Shown: positions 12,330-19,967 of the stretch, piece after piece
Layout: each line of letters begins with the position of its first letter
Numbering within the stretch: the stretch's first letter is position 1
NCBI GenBank assembly: GCA_902615805.1
Contig: CACMQH010000001.1
Coordinates: forward strand, 157,222 to 221,221
Reading direction: 5' to 3'
Source: Rhodospirillaceae bacterium
Lineage (GTDB): Bacteria > Pseudomonadota > Alphaproteobacteria > TMED109
Length of the DNA stretch: 64,000 nt
Notes under the pieces: generated by a model
Told to the model about the DNA's origin: nothing
The model's database searches: none
Seen by the model: only the letters and a program-made list of their open reading frames with translations
Program-made: the position numbers and the translations under genes

Positions 12330-12403
12330 TGGAGCGGGTGAAGGGAATCGAACCCTCGTAGCCAGCTTGGAAGGCTGGAGCTTTACCACTAAGCTACACC
12401 CGC
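12330..12403 (-). tRNA. tRNA-Gly(TCC)
   Basis: GCGGGTGTAGCTTAGTGGTAAAGCTCCAGCCTTCCAAGCTGG...GGTTCGATTCCCTTCACCCGCTCCA, 74 nt. Confidence 0.98.
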
Positions 12404-12456
12404 TTAATATTTACTAACTTACTTCATTAACAAACATATGTAAAAACTAAATCTAT

Positions 12457-12482
12457 TTATTGAAATACACCCATTTCAATAA
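12457..12482 (-). terminator. Hairpin between the first island cassette and tRNA-Gly
   Basis: TTATTGAAAT-acaccc-ATTTCAATAA, a 10-bp perfect stem. Confidence 0.45.
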
Positions 12483-12527
12483 TAAATAATTATATTAATA
12501 TAACAATATTTAACAAGTTAAAATAGC

Positions 12528-14084
12528 TTAGATATCAAAGTCCATTGATATAATCTGATCATCAATCTGGTAAGTGCCCCAATGATCCACAACAGTTTTT
12601 CTCTGAGTAGAGGTTAATTTATTTATCCTGTTATCTCTATAAACTGAGTCATTTTTATGAGCTGTTGTAGATATCTCTTCAAATATACACCCTTTTTCTG
12701 TTTTAAAATTATGCCATACGCCTGGCAGAACTGTTAATTTATCTCCCGGATAAAGCTTATACACTTTGTCATCCAAACTAGAAATAAGTTCTCCCCACAA
12801 TACAACAAAAGTTTCTTCTTTTTTTTTGTGATAATGTGAGGGGTGATATTGATTTGGAAGCTGTACCAATATTTTTTTCGCATATTCCCTGTTGATTATA
12901 GTAATCATTGTAACTCCTACTTGAAAAAAATTCTTTATACCATAATGGTGAGAATATTCTGTAGAGAACTCATTAGGCAAAGAAATTTTAGCATATGATA
13001 ACATAGCCTTAACCTTATGAATTGCTTTTTTAATAGGTACATCAGGTGAAGCCCCTGGAAACTCAAGATCTTTTTCTAAATAAGGCTCATTCTTTTTTAA
13101 ATTTTTTAAACTTTTTATATTTGGTTTCCACTTTCCTGAAGAAAGCTGATTTTTTTTAATAGGAAAAGAAAAGTAAATATTCTTTTTATGAAGACATTCA
13201 CCAGACTCTATGTTTTCTCTTACATAAACTCCCCTTTCTAAACTATTTAAACTTTCCTGTTCTATTTTTGTAGCCGGTTGCCTTTCTTTATTTCCTAATA
13301 AAATATTGGTTCTCAGATAGGCTTTAATCCAATTTTCTAAATCTTCCTTATCGGAAGAGTAAGCATTTAATTCGATGTCATTAGTTCTTAACCCTATATG
13401 CCTTTCAAATAGAGATGCCCCTAAAGATTTTGCTATTATTATATGTATGTTGTCTTTCGGACTTTCATGAGTAGACCAACCAATTGGTACATTTGGATAT
13501 CTGTCTATAAAATCTCTTATATTGTTAAGGTTGCAAACATTATCAGGTGTTGGATAAATTGCAACACAATGCATTAATGCAAAATCTTTATTTTTGTGCT
13601 TAAAAAAACTAACTAGATCGTCTACTTCTGAAATCAATAAACCACCAGTTGATGCAATGATAGGCTTATTAGTCTTTGCAATTTCTTCAATCAAAGGCCA
13701 GTCTTTAGATGAACAGCTAGCAATTTTTATTACATCAAAATTCATTTCAATAATTTTTTCTACAGACTTTTCGTCAAAAGGCGTACATATTGTTATTAAA
13801 TTTTTATTGTGACAATATTCTTTTAAATCACTATAAGACTCCCAATCGAGTTTAGTTGATAGAAAACGATTAACGTGCTTATTCTCTGATTTTTGCCTAT
13901 CATTTAAATAAACAAAGTTTGGCAAGTCTCTAAATTGAAATTTAACGGCTACTCTAATATTATATTTTTCCATTAATTCATGAGAATAGTCGATTATTTT
14001 CATAGCATGGGGGATAGAGCCTTGATGATTATTAGCCAAATCAAGTACAAAAATATCTTTAAAATTAAACTTCTTTTCTATCAT
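12528..14084 (-). CDS. NeuB-family nonulosonate synthase with SAF domain and C-terminal cupin (D-lyxose/D-mannose isomerase-like)
   Basis: DLANNHQG, KFQFR, TPFDE, KIAS, MHCVAIYP, GWSTHE, ERH; cupin motif HPSHYHKKKEETF...GVWHNF...EEISTT. Confidence 0.88.
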   Translation of the reverse strand: MIEKKFNFKDIFVLDLANNHQGSIPHAMKIIDYSHELMEKYNIRVAVKFQFRDLPNFVYLNDRQKSENKHVNRFLSTKLDWESYSDLKEYCHNKNLITICTPFDEKSVEKIIEMNFDVIKIASCSSKDWPLIEEIAKTNKPIIASTGGLLISEVDDLVSFFKHKNKDFALMHCVAIYPTPDNVCNLNNIRDFIDRYPNVPIGWSTHESPKDNIHIIIAKSLGASLFERHIGLRTNDIELNAYSSDKEDLENWIKAYLRTNILLGNKERQPATKIEQESLNSLERGVYVRENIESGECLHKKNIYFSFPIKKNQLSSGKWKPNIKSLKNLKKNEPYLEKDLEFPGASPDVPIKKAIHKVKAMLSYAKISLPNEFSTEYSHHYGIKNFFQVGVTMITIINREYAKKILVQLPNQYHPSHYHKKKEETFVVLWGELISSLDDKVYKLYPGDKLTVLPGVWHNFKTEKGCIFEEISTTAHKNDSVYRDNRINKLTSTQRKTVVDHWGTYQIDDQIISMDFDI

Positions 14085-14123
14085 CTTCTCTCCGGTAATA
14101 AACTAATAAAACATTTACTTACT

Positions 14124-14843
14124 TTAAAAAACAGCATTACTATAGTTAACAAAGCCGATTTTACTATCATATTTTTTAGCGATGCTTTGAGCTAATAATA
14201 AGTCATCTTTTGTATCAATATCAATAGAATTTTCAACTTCTAGCATTCCCATTTTGTTTAAAAACCTATTTTTTTTTAAAAGAAATTGTTTAACATTTAC
14301 TAGGTAAAAAGCTCCTGTTTCTCTGAAACTATCAGGTAGTTCTTGCCGTCTTTTTCTCAGCTTTTTTTCATTATGATTGATCCCTCTAGGAGATGAATTA
14401 ATATAACTCCATAAAAAAGGATTATCTTTTGATACAGAAAAACAACAATTTAAATTTTCTTTCAATAGTTTTTGATAACATTTATTTATATCTTTTGGAA
14501 ATATAAATGGAGAAGTACATTGCACTAATAAAGATAAGCGAAGATTATGATTTTTATTTTTAATAAAGTTTAAAGCATGTATCCATCCCTCTTCTGAGCT
14601 AGCATCATCCCCTGAAATATTTTTAGGTCTTTTTATAACCTCAGCATTATATATAGTTGCTTCTTTTGCAATCTTATCACAGTCAGTAGAAACAAAAACA
14701 TTTGTAAAATTTCTGCTTAATTTGCAGGAGATTATAGCTCTTGCTAAGAGGCTAAACTTTCCTACCTTTTTTAAGTTTTTCTTCTTTATACCTTTTGAGC
14801 CGCCTCTTGCTAAGATGATGGCTATATTTTTTTTTATAATCAT
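14124..14843 (-). CDS. CMP-nonulosonate synthetase (acylneuraminate cytidylyltransferase, NeuA family)
   Basis: ARGGSKGIKKKN, STD, QCTSPF, RRQ, ETGAFY, SIDIDT. Confidence 0.93.
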   Translation of the reverse strand: MIIKKNIAIILARGGSKGIKKKNLKKVGKFSLLARAIISCKLSRNFTNVFVSTDCDKIAKEATIYNAEVIKRPKNISGDDASSEEGWIHALNFIKNKNHNLRLSLLVQCTSPFIFPKDINKCYQKLLKENLNCCFSVSKDNPFLWSYINSSPRGINHNEKKLRKRRQELPDSFRETGAFYLVNVKQFLLKKNRFLNKMGMLEVENSIDIDTKDDLLLAQSIAKKYDSKIGFVNYSNAVF

Positions 14844-14852
14844 TGTATTTAT

Positions 14853-15200
14853 TTATTCTAGAACATTTATCCAGTTATCATTATAACCGTATGCTTTATC
14901 ATCTATAATAATATCATAATTTGGTTTGCCCATCTTAAGTTCATGAAATTTTAAACCCCATGATTTTAACTGCCTGAAAGTTGAGGAGAAGCCATACTTA
15001 TATACTTTATCAATGTCACCTTTCTCTTTTCCCATATATCTAGCAGTATAAACCAATATTTTAGCTCCTCTTTCATACAGCTCATTAATCTTTCTAATAG
15101 CTTGTTGATCAGGAACTGCATTTTCATAATCAAACTTTCTTTGACTGCATATAGTTCCATCTATATCAACACAAATTAGCTTATTTTTTATTTTTACCAT
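14853..15200 (-). CDS. Small HAD-superfamily phosphatase (capsule biosynthesis BcbF-like)
   Basis: DIDGT motif I, YTAR, MGKP and IDDKA. Start is uncertain (15200 or 15221). Confidence 0.85.
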   Translation of the reverse strand: MVKIKNKLICVDIDGTICSQRKFDYENAVPDQQAIRKINELYERGAKILVYTARYMGKEKGDIDKVYKYGFSSTFRQLKSWGLKFHELKMGKPNYDIIIDDKAYGYNDNWINVLE

Positions 15201-15255
15201 ACTAATTAGATGTGATACCATATATCTACATAATTTACACTTTTTACTTTACTAT

Positions 15256-16377
15256 ATGAAGATTATTAATATTTACTTGAATAACAAATTAATTTCTTGT
15301 GATACAGTACTTCCTTTAATATTAGAAATAGTTAAAAAAAACCCTAGCACCGTAGTAAATTTTTTCGTATTTGATAAAAATACTTTTCTAAGTATAGCTA
15401 AAAGCAAAATATTAAATGATGCTATTCATAAAGTTGGAACAATTAAACATTTTGGATGGATTTATTCTTCAAATAGATATTTGAGGAAATTTTTACATAT
15501 ATTTAATATTCTCGAGATAATTTTAAAATCTCTTATTCATAATGTTTATAGCTTTCACTTTAAAGCATTAGAAAGTTTTCCCTATAGTTTAATTTATTAT
15601 TTCAATAAAAAAAAAACATTTTTAATTGAAAGTAATTGTTGGGGGCATTTCGGTATAATGGATAAAATTTTTGAATTTTTTTTTCAAAAAAAAAAATTTC
15701 AGGCGTGTAAAAAATTTAAAAATGTAGTTTATTTTGGAGACGAATGGCCACAATTAAATTATTTAAAAAATATTGATAAAAAAAATATATATAAAATTAG
15801 TCCTACTCGTCTAATGAAGACATGGATTCATTTTGTAAATAAGCAAAAAAATGTGACAAAAGAAAAAAAAGTTCTTTTTATTTTAGGCTATTTAGGAAAA
15901 CATCATGTTTATAGTCAAACTACTTCTGGAGCAGAACTATTAAAAAAAACTTTAGATATTATTCTTAAAAGTACAAATTATACTATTACCTTAAAACCTC
16001 ATATTATAACTAACAATAAACAGTTAAAAGCTATATTAAAGTCATATAATACTAATAGAATTTCAATAAACTACAATCACGTATCTTTTCTTGCACATAG
16101 TCATTTTATAACCATAAGTAATTACGCTAGCCTAGCTATGCCCGACGCTTGGATTACAGGTTCTACAGTTATAGAATATAATAAATATGATAAAAAAATA
16201 ATGTTGTTATGTAAAAACAAATCACCCTATAATATGTACGTTGATCATTTTATTAATAATAACCCTATGAAACTTAAAGCTTGCTTAAAGACCATAAATG
16301 AAAGAAAAACTAGAGTCATAGACCTTCGTAAAACAAAGAAAAGAACTGATGATTTAATTACAAAAATTTGTAGTTAA
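15256..16377 (+). CDS. Hypothetical protein, possible GT-B nonulosonate transferase
   Basis: 373-aa ORF. The C-terminal half has FILGY...LKPH...SNYASLAMPDAWITGSTVI, resembling KxH(P)-type CMP-sugar transferases. Confidence 0.45.
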   Translation: MKIINIYLNNKLISCDTVLPLILEIVKKNPSTVVNFFVFDKNTFLSIAKSKILNDAIHKVGTIKHFGWIYSSNRYLRKFLHIFNILEIILKSLIHNVYSFHFKALESFPYSLIYYFNKKKTFLIESNCWGHFGIMDKIFEFFFQKKKFQACKKFKNVVYFGDEWPQLNYLKNIDKKNIYKISPTRLMKTWIHFVNKQKNVTKEKKVLFILGYLGKHHVYSQTTSGAELLKKTLDIILKSTNYTITLKPHIITNNKQLKAILKSYNTNRISINYNHVSFLAHSHFITISNYASLAMPDAWITGSTVIEYNKYDKKIMLLCKNKSPYNMYVDHFINNNPMKLKACLKTINERKTRVIDLRKTKKRTDDLITKICS

Positions 16378-16693
16378 ATACACCTAAATTTAGGTACTCA
16401 ATTAATCTAACTTCAATTTATAAAAAAAGTTATTGGTTATCTATATCCCTCTTAAATTAAGAAATAATTATAATAGCTAAATTAAACGTTTGGATGAAAA
16501 ATTAAATTTTATTTTTGTCCTACATACCACCAATTAAAAAATCTTGTTCTATTTCATAGACATAATTGTAAAAATTTGTACACTAAAAAATTAATCATTA
16601 TTTAACTGTGGCTTAGAGGTTTTAAAAGAATTAGCATTATAAAACATTTAAAATTTAAACCTTTAATTATGTTAAATTAAGGGTTTTAGATGC

Positions 16694-16779
16694 GGAGGGG
16701 TGGCCGAGTGGTTAAAGGCAGCAGACTGTAAATCTGCCCTCATTTGAGTACGTAGGTTCGAATCCTACCCCCTCCACCA
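16694..16779 (+). tRNA. tRNA-Tyr(GTA)
   Basis: GGAGGGGTGGCCGAGTGGTTAAAGGCAGCAGACTGTAAATCTGC...GGTTCGAATCCTACCCCCTCCACCA, 86 nt with a long variable arm. Confidence 0.98.
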
Positions 16780-16977
16780 TTATAATTTAATTTTGGCCTA
16801 AACAGTATATGTAATATGTAAGTTTTTATTTATTTAAAATACATTTACAGCATAAAAATTTTTGTTATTTATTTCTTTGCCCATACCACAAACAAGCATT
16901 ATGAAAATAAATTTATAAATTTTTTTATACTGTATAAATAATCTTTAATAATATTACAAAATCAGTTATACATAGTT

Positions 16978-18810
16978 ATGGTAAAGTTAGTAGCCGAGAT
17001 AGGCATCAATCATCAAGGTAAATTTTCAAAAATAAAAGAATTGATTGATGGTATATGTGAAGCCAAAGTAAAGTTTATCAAATTTCAATATAGAAGAAAT
17101 GCAAAAAATTTTTTCACTAATACTCTGGAAATGGGCAGCACACTAATCAAGGATGAACTAAAAAATTTATTTATTAGTGATAAAGATTACATAAAAGCAT
17201 TTCAATATGCAAAGAAACTTAACTTAAAAATTGGAGTAAGTTTCTTTAGAACAGAAGATGTTAAATATTTAACTAAAAAGTTTAGATTTGATTTTATTAA
17301 AATACCCTCTGCTGAGGCATTAAATTTTGAACTTATTAAAACAGCAATGAAAAATTCTAAACAAATTATGTTAAGTTTAGGTGGTGCTAATTGGAATGAT
17401 ATTAATCTTTTAAAAAAAAAAATAAAGTTTAGAAAAAATGACGTAATTTTTTATTGTATTAGTAATTATCCTACAGCAATAGATGCAGTAAATTTTAATT
17501 ATTTAAAAAGCTTAAAAAAAATATTTAATTGTTATATAGGTTATAGCTCACATGATAGGTATTGGGAGGTTAGTCTAGGATCAATATCTGTAGGAGTTGA
17601 TTATATAGAAAGGCATATTTGCATTAAAAAAGATCAGCAAGGTCTTGATATATCCTCTTCCTCAAGCATTCAAGAATTTAAGAGACTAAATGAGATCTTA
17701 ACTTATCAACAATGGTATAAAAATGTAAAAGTATCGGATAAAGTCGCTAATCAAGGAGAAATTCAAAATTTAAAAGACTTAGGTTCGGGTTATTACTATA
17801 AATCAAATTATAAAAAAGGAGATACTATTACATCTAATAAACTAACAATAATGTCTCCTTGTAGAGGTGTTAAAGCAGGAACTTTTAACAATTTTGGAAA
17901 GAAATTAAAAAGAGATGTTATTGCAGGTTTTCCATTACTTACTGACGACTTTAATTCTGAAAAATATAAAAAAGATTTAAACAAAGAAATAAATAAACTT
18001 TCTAATTTCAATATAGGTTTGCCTATAAGATTTAGTGATATGTATTTAATAATGAAGCAGTTCAATTTACCTTTTTTTGAATTTCATATGAGTTTTGAGG
18101 ATGTATTGTTAACTAAAAATTTAAAAAAAAATTTTTGGAAACAACTTAAAAGCAGTAATGCTGGATATTCTGTTCACCTGCCTGATTATATATCGAGCAC
18201 AAAACTAATTGATCCGCTAGCAAATAAAAATAGTGTTACTTACATTAAAAGTTTAAAAATTATAAATCAATGTATGCTTTTTGCGCAAGAAGTGGAGGAC
18301 AAAACTAGTAAATCATGTCCTATAGTTGGTAGTTTTTCTAACCTGCATGTTTCTAAAGAAAGCACCTATTTTAGACTTGCAGAACTTATTGAAAAATTGA
18401 GTAAAAATGAAGGAGGTATTGTTCCTCAATTTTTACCCAAAAGGGCTTGGTATTTTGGAGGCGCTGTAGAATTAGATTTATTTTGTAATGTTATAGATAA
18501 AAAATATTACGCTAACTTTCCTTTTGGAATTTGTTTAGATACAGCACATTTAATAATGGCATGCAATAGTGTAAAAGGTAATTTAAAAAGTTGGTTCAGA
18601 AACCTTTTACAATACGCTAGTCATCTTCATTTAGCAGATGCTACTGGAGTTGATGCAGAAGGTATAAACTTTGGGGAGGGAGAATTAGACTTAAAGTTTC
18701 TTAAATCTAATAAAAACAATATTAGATATATTATTGAACAATGGGAAGGACATCTATACAATTTTAAAGGTTTCAAAAATGCTATTACATATTTAGAAAA
18801 AGAATTATGA
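16978..18810 (+). CDS. NeuB-family synthase with SAF domain, fused to a C-terminal xylose-isomerase/AP-endonuclease-like TIM barrel
   Basis: AEIGINHQG, KFQYR, GYSSHD, ERH; C-terminal EFH...VHLPD...CLDTAH...HLHLADA...IEQWEGH. Confidence 0.85.
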   Translation: MVKLVAEIGINHQGKFSKIKELIDGICEAKVKFIKFQYRRNAKNFFTNTLEMGSTLIKDELKNLFISDKDYIKAFQYAKKLNLKIGVSFFRTEDVKYLTKKFRFDFIKIPSAEALNFELIKTAMKNSKQIMLSLGGANWNDINLLKKKIKFRKNDVIFYCISNYPTAIDAVNFNYLKSLKKIFNCYIGYSSHDRYWEVSLGSISVGVDYIERHICIKKDQQGLDISSSSSIQEFKRLNEILTYQQWYKNVKVSDKVANQGEIQNLKDLGSGYYYKSNYKKGDTITSNKLTIMSPCRGVKAGTFNNFGKKLKRDVIAGFPLLTDDFNSEKYKKDLNKEINKLSNFNIGLPIRFSDMYLIMKQFNLPFFEFHMSFEDVLLTKNLKKNFWKQLKSSNAGYSVHLPDYISSTKLIDPLANKNSVTYIKSLKIINQCMLFAQEVEDKTSKSCPIVGSFSNLHVSKESTYFRLAELIEKLSKNEGGIVPQFLPKRAWYFGGAVELDLFCNVIDKKYYANFPFGICLDTAHLIMACNSVKGNLKSWFRNLLQYASHLHLADATGVDAEGINFGEGELDLKFLKSNKNNIRYIIEQWEGHLYNFKGFKNAITYLEKEL

Positions 18811-19784
18811 AAGTTTTAATAATAGGTTTTGGACAGGACGCGAAGGTTTTGTCAATTCTTTTAAATAAGAAAAAAATATCCTTTAAACTATTTGTTAAAT
18901 CTTCATCTAATCTTAGTTTATTTAGTCCAAAATATTTTAATAAAGATGATATAATTTACGGAGATGCAACAGACTTAAATAGCTTATTAGAGGTACTATC
19001 TAAATTTCAGTTTACTCATGTTTTTAACCTTGCAGCCAATAGTTTTGTACAGTTTTCTGCAATGCACTTTAATCAATATTTAACATCTAATACTACAATT
19101 CTTACTAATCTTATTTCTTTAAATAAAAAAAAGGGTAATTTTTGGTTATATCATCCATTAAGCAGTGAGTTTTTAAATAATAATAATAATAATACAGATA
19201 ATTATATTATCCCTAGAAATGCTTACGGAGTGTCTAAGACAACTGAATATTTTATTTCAAAAGTTGCTATGCTAGAAGGAATTAAGATTTTCTTTCCTAC
19301 ACTTTTTAATCATGAGTCTTGCTTTCGCCCCAGTAAATTTTTTACAATAAAAGTTCTTGATTTTTTATTGAATAAGAAAAAAAAGAAACTTGATATATGG
19401 AATACTCATTCTATAAGAGATTGGGGTAGTGCTTTTCAATATATGGAATTAATATTAGAAAAAGCGATTAAAAATGACTTTGGTGAGGGTGAACTTGGCA
19501 CCTCTATAGGCTATAAAGTATCTGATTTTATTAATAATTCTCTAGAGGTTTTAGATATTAGTTATGAATTTATAGGAAATAAGAAACATAATTTATGGGA
19601 ATTAAGCGATGGTAGAAAAATATATGAAATTAGTAGAGACCTTAAAGATGAAAAAAGAATAGTTTTAGCAAATAAAGAAAATGTTGAAAAAACTTTTGGA
19701 AAAGTCAACTTGTTACATGGAAAAAAATTAATTAATAAATTAACCTCTGAATTAATAACCTATAAAAATATGTTATATTTATAA
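18807..19784 (+). CDS. Divergent GDP-mannose 4,6-dehydratase-like SDR
   Basis: GFGQDA, FNLAANSFV, SSE, YGVSK (YxxxK), LFNHES, RDWG. Confidence 0.75.
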   Translation: MKVLIIGFGQDAKVLSILLNKKKISFKLFVKSSSNLSLFSPKYFNKDDIIYGDATDLNSLLEVLSKFQFTHVFNLAANSFVQFSAMHFNQYLTSNTTILTNLISLNKKKGNFWLYHPLSSEFLNNNNNNTDNYIIPRNAYGVSKTTEYFISKVAMLEGIKIFFPTLFNHESCFRPSKFFTIKVLDFLLNKKKKKLDIWNTHSIRDWGSAFQYMELILEKAIKNDFGEGELGTSIGYKVSDFINNSLEVLDISYEFIGNKKHNLWELSDGRKIYEISRDLKDEKRIVLANKENVEKTFGKVNLLHGKKLINKLTSELITYKNMLYL

Positions 19785-19802
19785 TATAATTATTTATAAA
19801 TT

Positions 19803-19887
19803 GGAAGGGTGGCCAAATGGTTAAAAGTAGCAAACTGCAAATCTATCCTTATTTGAGTATATAGTTTCGTATCCTCTCACTACACCA
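19803..19887 (+). pseudogene. Decayed full-length copy of tRNA-Tyr (direct repeat of 16694-16779)
   Basis: Manual alignment gives 68/86 identical positions, 17 substitutions and 1 deletion. Acceptor, anticodon and T stems are broken; the CCA end is retained. Confidence 0.92.
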
Positions 19888-19967
19888 TAATTTCTTTAGA
19901 TTATAAACTTTCTATAATTTCACTTATATCCATTAAGCACCTGTATTTAATTAGTTTTGATTATAAT

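Noticed and set aside
19803-19887. Functional tRNA-Cys(GCA), or a dedicated tRNA for the FemAB-like enzyme
   Set aside because: There are three mismatches in the acceptor stem, two in the anticodon stem and a disrupted T arm, with no compensatory changes.
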